A DNA stretch of 48,620 bases from a bacterium (GTDB lineage: Bacteria > Patescibacteriota > Patescibacteriia > UBA2196 > GWA2-42-15): assembly GCA_035388025.1 (NCBI GenBank), contig DAOOPA010000001.1:1-48620 (forward strand), given 5' to 3'. The notes below the pieces were generated by a model. That model was not told the origin of the DNA. It saw only the letters and a program-made list of their open reading frames with translations, and did not search any database. The translations under genes and the position numbers were made by a program. Positions 31,971 to 40,549 of this stretch are shown in pieces. Position 1 is the stretch's first letter, and each line of letters starts with the position of its first letter.

Positions 31971-34610
31971 ATGGTAAAAAATACAGGAACAAAAAAGAAT
32001 TATTGGGTGATTTTGACGCTTGTTTTGGTAGGCGTTTTTTTGTTGGCGAGCGTCGGTTGGGGGGCGGACAATAAAATAAATATTAATACGGCGAGCTTGG
32101 AGGAGCTGGATAGTTTGCCGGATATCGGTCCGACCAAGGCGCAGGCGATTATTGATTATCGAACCCAGAGTGGATTATTCGCCAAAGTAGAGGACATCAT
32201 GAACGTGCCGGGAATTGGCGAATCAACCTTTAATGAAATTAAGGATTTAATCACCGTTGACGAGGGCAATATTGAAAATCAAGAGACGGAAGAAACTGGC
32301 GAGGGAGACTATTCTAAAGATATATTAATTAATGAATTATTACCGAATCCGAGCGAGAGCGATGATTATGAGTGGATTGAATTATATAATCAGGGGTCAA
32401 CAACCGTTGATTTGGATTCGTGGCAATTGGCGGATAATAGCAAGTCATTTATATTGAAAGCGATTGGGAATTTTAAAACCATAATAGAAGCACAGGGTTT
32501 TTTGGTTATACCCAAAGCGGTGTCAGGCATTTCTCTCAATAATACCGGAGGCGAAGGAATAACCTTAAAAAATCCCGACGGGATGATAGCTGGCCAGACA
32601 AATTATAGCGAGAGTGCTGGAGATAATCATGGTTGGGCTAGAAACGAGAGTGGCGGCTATGAATGGACAACGACGGTGACTGAGGGGACAACAAATATTA
32701 TTACTCAACCCATAGTGGCTACCACAGGTGGCGGTGGAGGAGGTGGCAGTTCTTCTAGTGGGGGATCAAGTTTGAGTTTGGCCGATAAGAAAGAAAACGC
32801 GACGAGTAGTTTTCAAGATAAAATATTAATTACTGAAATATTATCTAATCCCTTGGGGCTAGATGGTGATGAAAATGAATGGTTGGAAATTTACAACACG
32901 TCAACGGCGGCGGTTATTTTGGATGGTTGGAAACTGAAAGATAATTTTGGAGTATATGCTTTGGTGGATACCAAGATTGAGTCTAAAAGTTTTTTGATTT
33001 TAAAAAGAGCCCAGACACAGTTAATTTTAAATAATGAAGGCGGAGACTCTTTGGAACTGAGCGACCGGGAGGGGAAATCTGTGGCTAAGGTAAGTTATAA
33101 AACAAAAGCGCCAGAAGGGCAAAGTTATAATTGGTGCGGCCGGAGTTGGCAGTGGCTGGTAGAATTAACACCGGGAGCAGAAAATAAATGTCCGCCGGAA
33201 AACGACGAGCCGGCGGCTTATTTTGAGGTGGAAAACAGGAAACCAAAAGTGGGTGAGGTTATAATGATTAACGCGGAAGAAAGCTATGATACTGACGGTA
33301 ATATAATCAAATACATTTGGCAGTTTGACAATGAGGTAGTAGCCGGGCAGGAAAAGAATAAGATTTTTGAAACTCAGTCACCGCTGATTGGGGTGAGGTT
33401 TTTAAAGCCGGGCATCAGCAAGATAGTTTTGAAAGTGATGGATAATCTGGGGGGTGATGATAGTTATAGTGAAGAATTAGAAATACAGCCGGATGGCCAG
33501 GGAATAGGTAATTGGGAAAATATTTTTATTAATGAAATAATGCCCAATCCCAAAGGTGTGGATGCTGGCCAAGAATGGTTGGAGGTGTATAATGGCGGAG
33601 AGGGCGAGGTAAATTTAAAGGGTTTGAGTTTGTTGGTGGATAAAGGCAAGACCTATAAAATTAACAATGACTTGATGATAGCTAAGGGTGGTTATTTAGT
33701 TTTGTCTGACAAAACAACAAAATTAGTTTTATTTAATGCAGGGGGAATTGTGAGATTGGTTGACGCGGGCGGTAGGGTTTTACGGGAGATTAATTATAGT
33801 CAGGCGAGTGAGGGTTGGAGTTACGCGCGCGATGAAGAAAATGGCATCAGTTGGGCGTGGACGAGCAGTATGACGTCAGGCGCGGAAAATGTTTTTACTG
33901 TTAGTCAGACTAAAGTTTCGACTAGCGGCTCGGCGGTCACGGTGGCTAGCGGGGGAATGATAAAGTTTGTAGGCAGAGTGACGGTGGAGCCAGGGCTTTT
34001 GGGCAAAACCATATTTTATGCTGAAGAAGATAATGGCCGCGGGGCGCAGATTTATTCCTATTATAAAGATTTTCCAAATTTGGCAATGAGTGATAAAGTA
34101 GAGATAGTGGGGACAGAGAGTGATTATCAAGGCGAGAGACGGATCAAGATTAAGAGTAAAAATGACATAAAAGTAATCAGTGTTGGGGAACCACTGGCGC
34201 CGCGCAAGATTCAGGTAGAGGATATCGGAGAGGAAATTGAAGGTGCTTTGGTGGAAATTGCGGGGACATTGGTAGAAAAAAAAGGAGCCACCTGGTGGGT
34301 GGATGATGGAACAGAAGAGGTAAAAGTTTATCTCAAAGAAAACACGGGAATTAAAGGCGAGGAGTTAGAAACGGGTGATGAAGTGAAAATAGTCGGTATT
34401 GTGTCACAATATCAAGAGGAATATCGTTTGTTGCCAAGATTTCAAGATGATATCGCAGTGGTTGGTAAAAAAGTTTTGGGGGTGACGGCCACCGATGAAC
34501 AATCAGCCAAGCAAAACAAGGATGGCGGAGAAGTAATCAAATATCTATTGGCAATCGCAGTGGCGGTGATTTTGGGGCTTTTGACATATATTATTAAAAA
34601 AGGAAGGTAG
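31971..34610 (+). CDS. large surface protein: ComEA-like helix-hairpin-helix domain, multiple lamin-tail domains, a PKD-like segment, OB-fold-like repeats and a C-terminal membrane anchor
   Basis: NINTASLEELDSLPDIGPTKAQAIIDYR is ComEA-like HhH. The repeated motif NE(L/I)(L/M)PNP...EW(I/L)E(L/I/V)YN occurs three times with a fourth degenerate copy (lamin-tail domain). There is a Gly/Ser linker and a C-terminal hydrophobic helix followed by KKGR. Confidence 0.75.
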   Translation: MVKNTGTKKNYWVILTLVLVGVFLLASVGWGADNKININTASLEELDSLPDIGPTKAQAIIDYRTQSGLFAKVEDIMNVPGIGESTFNEIKDLITVDEGNIENQETEETGEGDYSKDILINELLPNPSESDDYEWIELYNQGSTTVDLDSWQLADNSKSFILKAIGNFKTIIEAQGFLVIPKAVSGISLNNTGGEGITLKNPDGMIAGQTNYSESAGDNHGWARNESGGYEWTTTVTEGTTNIITQPIVATTGGGGGGGSSSSGGSSLSLADKKENATSSFQDKILITEILSNPLGLDGDENEWLEIYNTSTAAVILDGWKLKDNFGVYALVDTKIESKSFLILKRAQTQLILNNEGGDSLELSDREGKSVAKVSYKTKAPEGQSYNWCGRSWQWLVELTPGAENKCPPENDEPAAYFEVENRKPKVGEVIMINAEESYDTDGNIIKYIWQFDNEVVAGQEKNKIFETQSPLIGVRFLKPGISKIVLKVMDNLGGDDSYSEELEIQPDGQGIGNWENIFINEIMPNPKGVDAGQEWLEVYNGGEGEVNLKGLSLLVDKGKTYKINNDLMIAKGGYLVLSDKTTKLVLFNAGGIVRLVDAGGRVLREINYSQASEGWSYARDEENGISWAWTSSMTSGAENVFTVSQTKVSTSGSAVTVASGGMIKFVGRVTVEPGLLGKTIFYAEEDNGRGAQIYSYYKDFPNLAMSDKVEIVGTESDYQGERRIKIKSKNDIKVISVGEPLAPRKIQVEDIGEEIEGALVEIAGTLVEKKGATWWVDDGTEEVKVYLKENTGIKGEELETGDEVKIVGIVSQYQEEYRLLPRFQDDIAVVGKKVLGVTATDEQSAKQNKDGGEVIKYLLAIAVAVILGLLTYIIKKGR

Positions 34611-34680
34611 GGTTATAGGAAAGTAGAGTGAGGGTTGGTAGGGTAGTAAGAGATAATAAAATATAAGTTCCAAGTTTAAA

Positions 34681-34790
34681 TTTCCAAATCACAAATAAAT
34701 TTCAAATTACAAATTCCAAATATTTGAAGGTTAGTATTTGAACATTGTTTTGTGTTTGTGATTTGGAATTTGGTGCTTATTTGGAAATTG
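34681..34790. repeat. intergenic word-repeat hairpin (CCAAAT/CACAAA words in inverted arms)
   Basis: TTCCAAATCACAAA on the left arm is matched by TTTGTGATTTGGAA on the right arm. The left arm is paralogous to the in-frame insert at 3581-3635. Confidence 0.55.
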
Positions 34791-34833
34791 TATTTTGTTT
34801 CTTGGAGATTATTTTTTGTTTTATTCGTAGATT

Positions 34834-35769
34834 ATGAATAATAAACCAAAAATATTAGTATCAGGTTCTTTGGCCTATGACAAGATTTTGGATTTTCGGG
34901 GACGGTTTGCCGAGCAGATCATGCCGGAGAAGATTCATAAATTGTCAGTGTCTTTTGCGGTGGAAAGAGAAAAGATAAATTTTGGCGGGACGGCTGGCAA
35001 TATCGCTTATAATTTAAAATTGCTCGGCGAGGAGCCGGTCATCTTGTCACAAGCGGGGAAAGATTTTGATTATTACCAAAAATGGCTGGTAAAGAACAAG
35101 TTGGAGATGGAAGGGATAAAAATAATCAAAAATAAAAATACAGCATCGGCGCAGATTATTACGGATTTGGACGATAATCAGATTACCGCTTTGCATCTGG
35201 AGACAATGGGCATAGCGCGAGGAATTAATCAGATTTTAGTTAAAAATTTCGGGTCAGTGGCTATGGCGATTATTTCTCCGGGTAATATTGCCGATATGTT
35301 GCAGGCGGCTATGATTTATAAGAAATTAAAAATTGAATATATCGCTGATCCGGGTCAGCAGATACCGGCGTTGTCTGTTGAGCAATTAAGTGAGCTAATC
35401 GTGGGATCAAAGGCGCTGTTTTGTAATGATTATGAAGCAGAATTGATCACAAAAAAACTGAAACACAAAAACATTGAAACACTAAAGCAAATGGTAGAAA
35501 TATTGGTAATAACTTATGGCGCAGAGGGCTCAGTAATTCATACTGGCGGTAAAGAAATTAAAATAAAAGCGGTTAAACCGAAAAAAGTGGTAGATCCGAC
35601 CGGGGCAGGCGATGCTTATCGGGCTGGATTTATCAAGGGTTTGGTTAGCGGTTGGGAGCTGAGAAAGTGCGGGGAATTGGCGGCTTGGGTGGCTAGGTGG
35701 CCAGTGGAATATTATGGGACACAGGAACACTATTTCCAATTCACTAATTTTCAATTCACTAATTCCTAA
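34834..35769 (+). CDS. PfkB-family carbohydrate/nucleoside kinase
   Basis: GGTAGNIAYNL and DPTGAGDAYRAGFIKG. The C-terminal FQFTNFQFTNS is encoded by a word repeat. Confidence 0.75.
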   Translation: MNNKPKILVSGSLAYDKILDFRGRFAEQIMPEKIHKLSVSFAVEREKINFGGTAGNIAYNLKLLGEEPVILSQAGKDFDYYQKWLVKNKLEMEGIKIIKNKNTASAQIITDLDDNQITALHLETMGIARGINQILVKNFGSVAMAIISPGNIADMLQAAMIYKKLKIEYIADPGQQIPALSVEQLSELIVGSKALFCNDYEAELITKKLKHKNIETLKQMVEILVITYGAEGSVIHTGGKEIKIKAVKPKKVVDPTGAGDAYRAGFIKGLVSGWELRKCGELAAWVARWPVEYYGTQEHYFQFTNFQFTNS

Positions 35770-35843
35770 TAAAATTCTCAATTTTTAATTTTTAATTTTC
35801 AAATTTTTAAATTCTAATTTTTAAACACTAAAAATTAATTCAT

Positions 35844-36773
35844 ATGAGAAAAAAAGGAAAATTAATTCAGTCAGAAGTGCGAGAAGATAAAATACATGAT
35901 CGGTTTGTGATTATCGCGCCAGGGAGAAGCAAGCGGCCGCATAGTCGGGACAAAAAGAAAAAAGATACCTGCGTATTTTGTTCAAAAGAAGTGCAGGATA
36001 AAGTACCAGCCTTGTATCCGACAGCTAAAGGTAAAGAATGGTTGGTCAAAGTAATAAAAAATATCTATCCAGTGGTGAGTATAAGTAATCCCAAAGCCTA
36101 TGGTTATCACGAAGTGGTGATAGAAACCAGAGAGCATGGTAAAGAGATGAGCGATTTGCCGCTTGATCATTTGATCGCTGTGTTGGAAGCATATATTGAG
36201 AGAACGAAGGAATTGGCCAAAGATAAAAAGATAAAATATGTTTTGATTTTCAAAAATCAAGGCGGAAGCGCGGGTGCGTCATTGGCGCATGCTCATTCAC
36301 AGATTTTTGCTTCCAGCTTTGTGCCACCGCATATTATTGATAAATTAACCAAGGCGCAGGAATACCGGATAGAGCATGGCAATTGTTATTATTGCGATTT
36401 GATTAAAAAAGAGACAAGAGGTCCAAGATTTATCGCCGGTGATGAGCAGGCCGTGGCTTTTACGCCTTATGCTTCCATTTATGCTTATGAAGCTTGGATT
36501 ATGCCCCAAAAGCATGTGGATAATGTCACGGTTTTGGGTCGGGACGAGATTGCTTCAATAGCTATTTTAATTAAACAGATGATTACGAAACTAGACAAAG
36601 AGGGAATCCCTTATAATATGTTTTTACACCAATCAATCACGGACAAAGACGAACATTTTTATATCCGGATTTGCCCCAGGCGCGATATTTGGGCGGGATT
36701 GGAGACGGGCTCAAGGTTGATTGTGAATCCGGTAGCGCCGGAAGAGGCAGCGGCATTTTATAGAAAAAAGTAA
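35844..36773 (+). CDS. GalT-family (HIT superfamily) nucleotidyl transferase / sugar-phosphate uridylyltransferase-like
   Basis: CVFCSKE zinc site and the HxHxQ active site (LAHAHSQIFAS). Confidence 0.7.
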   Translation: MRKKGKLIQSEVREDKIHDRFVIIAPGRSKRPHSRDKKKKDTCVFCSKEVQDKVPALYPTAKGKEWLVKVIKNIYPVVSISNPKAYGYHEVVIETREHGKEMSDLPLDHLIAVLEAYIERTKELAKDKKIKYVLIFKNQGGSAGASLAHAHSQIFASSFVPPHIIDKLTKAQEYRIEHGNCYYCDLIKKETRGPRFIAGDEQAVAFTPYASIYAYEAWIMPQKHVDNVTVLGRDEIASIAILIKQMITKLDKEGIPYNMFLHQSITDKDEHFYIRICPRRDIWAGLETGSRLIVNPVAPEEAAAFYRKK

Positions 36774-36805
36774 CTAGTAATTCGTAACTAGTAAAAGGAA
36801 AAAAT

Positions 36806-37378
36806 ATGAATAGAGTCGGCCTAAGGGCAATAAGGATAACAATGTTATTTTGTTTAACGGCGGTGATGTTGACGCCGGTTTTGGCCAAGGAGATTGACGA
36901 AAGAAAATATAAGATAGAGGATTTTGCCGAGGTAATAAATATTTTGCCACTAAGCGAAGAAGTGTTATGGACGGAGAGTTTACCAAAGAATGATGAGGTG
37001 ATTAAAAGTAAAATAATTGAAGTAGATTTATCAGAACAAAAAATGCGATTATATGAGAATGATAAGATGATAAAAGAATCTTTGGTATCGACTGGCCAGC
37101 CAGGCATGGAAACGCCAGTGGGGAATTTTCAGATTTATAATAAATTTCCAAGAGCGTGGTCAAAGATGGCGAGCTTATGGATGCCCTATTGGATGGCGTT
37201 TTTACCGACTGGACAGATGGGCATACATGAATTACCCGAGTGGCCAAATGGTCATAAAGAAGGCGAGAGCAGTTTGGGTCATCCGGCTTCGCACGGTTGT
37301 ATTCGGCTCGGAGTGGGGGATGCAGAGTTTGTTTATAATTGGGCGGAGATAGGAACGCCGGTCAAGATCCAAAAGTAA
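36806..37378 (+). CDS. L,D-transpeptidase (YkuD domain)
   Basis: A signal-anchor N-terminus, plus GHPASHGCIRL, the catalytic Cys motif. Confidence 0.8.
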   Translation: MNRVGLRAIRITMLFCLTAVMLTPVLAKEIDERKYKIEDFAEVINILPLSEEVLWTESLPKNDEVIKSKIIEVDLSEQKMRLYENDKMIKESLVSTGQPGMETPVGNFQIYNKFPRAWSKMASLWMPYWMAFLPTGQMGIHELPEWPNGHKEGESSLGHPASHGCIRLGVGDAEFVYNWAEIGTPVKIQK

Positions 37379-37510
37379 AAAATCAAAATAGGGCTGGTCG
37401 CAGATTTTAACTCATACTCAGTTCTATCTCTAGACCGCGTCTACTTATCTAAACGTTTTGGTGTATTCTTTACTTTTCTTTTGTAAAAGAAAAGTTAACA
37501 AAAGAAAACT

Positions 37511-37650
37511 AGCTCGCTTGGAGCAATCAGGAAAATTTTAGTCTCGCTTGCGTGTAAATTTGCGGGTCCCGGCTCACTGGCGTTGCGCTCCCACGAATTT
37601 ACTACGCCTCACTCGCCTAAATTTTCTACTGCTCGCTCCAAATACTCGCA
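37511..37650. repeat. long imperfect hairpin element (about 140 nt)
   Basis: TTGGAGC (37518-37524) pairs with GCTCCAA (37635-37641). AGGAAAATTTTAG pairs roughly with CTAAATTTTCT, and GTGTAAATTTGCGGG roughly with CCCACGAATTTAC. It shares a GTAAATT core with 28547-28678. Confidence 0.5.
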
Positions 37651-37705
37651 GGGACGCTGACTGGGAGTAGCTAGGGCTTTTTTTATGCTCTTGTAATTTT
37701 ATATT

Positions 37706-38347
37706 ATGATTTTAAAAGTAGATAATAAATTAGACCAGAAGAAGGTAAAAATAGCAGTCGATATTTTAAAAGCCGGCGGAGTTTTGGTTTTTCCGACTGA
37801 GACGGCGTATGGGTTGGCGGCAGATGCGGAAAATAAAAAAGCGATTGAGAAGATTTATAAAATAAAAGGTAGGATGGAGAGTAAGTTTTTGCCATTGATT
37901 GTAGGTGATTTAAAACAGATGGAGGAGTTTTTTGAGTTGAATGATAAAGAGTTGGAATTGGCGAAGAAATATAAGGGGCTGACAATTGTGCTTAAAGTCA
38001 AAACTCGAAAGTCAAAACTAAAAAGTGAAACCCAAAATTTAAAAGTTAAGAAACTTTATTTATTAAAAGGGCAAAAGGATTGTGCGGTGAGAATCTCTAA
38101 ATATAAATTGGCGAGAGAATTGGCTTTGGGCTTGGGGCGGCCGATTACGGCGACGAGCGCCAATGTGAGTGGGGAAGAGAATTGTTATAGCGTGGAAGAA
38201 GTAATGAAGCAGTTAAAAAATAGAAAGGTCCAGCCAGATTTGATTGTTGATGGAGGAAAATTGAAGGAAAGAAAACCCTCAACGATTGTGAGGGTTGAGG
38301 GCGAGAAAGTGGAAGTGCTGAGACAGGGGGAGATAAGAATAAAATAA
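37706..38347 (+). CDS. tsaC: L-threonylcarbamoyladenylate synthase (TsaC/YrdC/Sua5 family)
   Basis: GGVLVFPTETAYGLAADA and ITATSANVSGE. It carries a low-complexity insert at 37995-38050. Confidence 0.8.
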   Translation: MILKVDNKLDQKKVKIAVDILKAGGVLVFPTETAYGLAADAENKKAIEKIYKIKGRMESKFLPLIVGDLKQMEEFFELNDKELELAKKYKGLTIVLKVKTRKSKLKSETQNLKVKKLYLLKGQKDCAVRISKYKLARELALGLGRPITATSANVSGEENCYSVEEVMKQLKNRKVQPDLIVDGGKLKERKPSTIVRVEGEKVEVLRQGEIRIK

Positions 38348-38363
38348 TAATATAGAATTAGGA

Positions 38364-38645
38364 TTATTTTTGGCTCGTGATAAGCTGGCATTGATTTTGT
38401 TGGCAGATAGTTTTGGCATTTGGGCAGTATATAGCGCAATTTGGTATTCGCCACTTTTCTGGTCGACAATCGAAAGGCTGAGAATTAAATTTATTTTTAA
38501 TACGATGGCACTCACAATCTTCGCAGGGATTATTATATATTTGGCAGTCAGCATCTAGGAGGCAGTAGAGTGGGTCGGCTTGATATTTTTTTATTAAATG
38601 GCCGCGGAAGTTAAAAGTTAATATTGATATTAATACAATAACCAT
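38364..38645 (-). CDS. hypothetical secreted cysteine-rich small protein (93 aa, 10 Cys)
   Basis: An N-terminal hydrophobic segment followed by a Cys-rich body. It lies directly downstream of ychF on the same strand and is preferred over the antisense 38370..38558 ORF. Confidence 0.45.
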   Translation of the reverse strand: MVIVLISILTFNFRGHLIKKYQADPLYCLLDADCQIYNNPCEDCECHRIKNKFNSQPFDCRPEKWRIPNCAIYCPNAKTICQQNQCQLITSQK

Positions 38646-38703
38646 TATCAGGATAAAAATGATTAGTAATAATTTTTTAATATATTATTTATTAAATATA
38701 TAA

Positions 38704-39759
38704 TTATTTATTGAAATGAAAATAGACAGTATCGCCATCTTGCATGATATAGTCTTTGCCTTCTAGATGCATCAGACCCTTTTCTTTGGCTTTGGCTTCG
38801 GAACCACAGGTGAGTAGATCTTGCCAATTGATGATTTCAGCGCGAATAAATCCGGCTTCAAAGTCGGTATGAATCTCGCCGGCAGCAGCTGGGGCCTTGG
38901 TCCCTTTTTTGATAGGCCAAGCATGGGCTTCTTTTGGCCCGGCGGTAAAGAAGGTGATCAGATCCAATAGTTTGTAGCTAGCGGTAATGAGTTGTTCTAG
39001 TCCGGTCTGGGGTAGGCCGAGTTCGGTCAAATATTTTTTGGCTTCAGCGTCATCCAGTTCCGCCAGCTCGGATTCTAGTTTGGCGCAGATAGGCAGAGAA
39101 TTGGGGATAGAGGGGGTAAAATTTTTCAGATGCTCTTCGTCAATATTTTCAATATATAGTTCCGGTTTGAGGGTCAAAAGAGAGAAGCTTTTGATCAACT
39201 TCAGATCATCAGAGGAAAGATCAGAGATGTCAGGTTTTTGACCTTGATAAAGAAATTTTTTGATAGATAATAAAATTTGTTCAGTTTTGGCCGCTTCTTT
39301 GTCGCCGGCTTTGATTTTTTCTTTGAGGCGATGAAGGGCGTTTTCAGTCACAGTCAGATCAGCCATAGCAAGCTCGATGGCGATGGTGGAGAGATCTTCA
39401 GTCGGGTTGACACGACCTTCGACATGAATAATATTGCTATCTTCAAAATTTCGGATGACATGGGCGATGGCATCCACCTCGCGGATGTGAGAAAGAAATT
39501 TATTACCAAGGCCCTGGCCCTGATGGGCGTCTTTTACTAGGCCGGCAATATCCACAAATTCAATGGTGGCGGGGACGAATTTTTCTGAGTGGAATAGTTC
39601 GTTGAGGGTGTCTAACCGTTTGTCAGGCACGGCAACCACGCCAACGTTGGGATCGATGGTACAGAAAGGATAGTTGGCGGCATCAACTTGTTTTTTGGTG
39701 AGAGCTTTAAATAGGGTTGATTTACCGACGTTGGGGAGGCCGACGATACCGATTTTCAT
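38704..39759 (-). CDS. ychF: redox-regulated ribosome-binding ATPase YchF
   Basis: MKIGIVGLPNVGKSTLFKALT, DIAGLV, and a TGS-like C-terminus. Confidence 0.9.
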   Translation of the reverse strand: MKIGIVGLPNVGKSTLFKALTKKQVDAANYPFCTIDPNVGVVAVPDKRLDTLNELFHSEKFVPATIEFVDIAGLVKDAHQGQGLGNKFLSHIREVDAIAHVIRNFEDSNIIHVEGRVNPTEDLSTIAIELAMADLTVTENALHRLKEKIKAGDKEAAKTEQILLSIKKFLYQGQKPDISDLSSDDLKLIKSFSLLTLKPELYIENIDEEHLKNFTPSIPNSLPICAKLESELAELDDAEAKKYLTELGLPQTGLEQLITASYKLLDLITFFTAGPKEAHAWPIKKGTKAPAAAGEIHTDFEAGFIRAEIINWQDLLTCGSEAKAKEKGLMHLEGKDYIMQDGDTVYFHFNK

Positions 39760-39914
39760 AGACCTACGAATTTACGAATAAGTTACGAATATACAAATAA
39801 TACAATACTTATATAATCGAGTTGATTTTAGATTAGCATTTATGATATAGTAAAGCAAGTAAATTAAGTAATTAGTAACTTGCAACTAGTAACTAGTAAA
39901 AGGAGTTTATTTTT

Positions 39915-40370
39915 ATGAAGATCGTGGTAGATACAAATATTTTGATGGATGCCTGGAGCGATGATTTTAATTATGCCAGAAAAATTGTGGATGCGGTGAT
40001 TTCGGGTGAAATTCAGGCGGTAGCGTCGCATAAAATTTGGCGGGAATATCAGTTAATTTTGGAGCGGCTGGTGAATGATGAAAAACATTATGAATTGGCC
40101 AATAGATTTTTTCAGGCAGTAGAGATGGTGGAAGTGAGGCGACGGGTGAGCGTGGTAAAATATGACCGCGATGATAATAAATTTTTTGCCTGCGCGGAAG
40201 AAGCAGGAGCCAAATATATTATTTCCAATGATATGCACCTGATAGAGGTGGGGGAGTATAAAGGAATAAGGGCAATGAAGCCAAAGGATTTTTGGTTGGA
40301 ATATGAGAAGGAGGGGAAAGATGATGGAGATGATTGGAAAAGTTTGATGAAAGGGATATTGGGAAAATAA
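39915..40370 (+). CDS. PIN-domain protein (putative toxin-type nuclease, TIGR00305-like)
   Basis: MKIVVDTNILMDA and ...ISNDMHL. I found no adjacent antitoxin ORF. Confidence 0.65.
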   Translation: MKIVVDTNILMDAWSDDFNYARKIVDAVISGEIQAVASHKIWREYQLILERLVNDEKHYELANRFFQAVEMVEVRRRVSVVKYDRDDNKFFACAEEAGAKYIISNDMHLIEVGEYKGIRAMKPKDFWLEYEKEGKDDGDDWKSLMKGILGK

Positions 40371-40480
40371 AAAATTAAAAATTAAAAATTAAAATTTTGG
40401 TATTCCGCTTCGCGGGATGGACTTATATAATTTTACATTTTGAATTGTCATTTTGATTTTTGAGATTTACATTTTTAATT
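40371..40480 (+). repeat. intergenic repeat of about 110 nt, copy 2
   Basis: AAAATTAAAAATTAAAAATTAAAATTTTGGTATTCCGCTTCGCGGGATGGA...TTGTCATTTTGATTTTTGAGATTT. The ATTCCGC/GCGGGAT hairpin (one U-G pair) is present in both copies. Confidence 0.6.
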
Positions 40481-40549
40481 ATAAAACCGTCTTAATAGAT
40501 GTTAGGACGGTTTTTGGTTGGCATATTGGATTGGCGTGAATTTGCAGTA

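Noticed and set aside
39760-39914. A missing antitoxin upstream of the PIN-domain gene
   Set aside because: The 155-nt region upstream is made of TTACGAATA and GTAACTAGTAA word repeats and has no ORF. The PIN protein appears to be solitary, so I make no toxin-antitoxin call.
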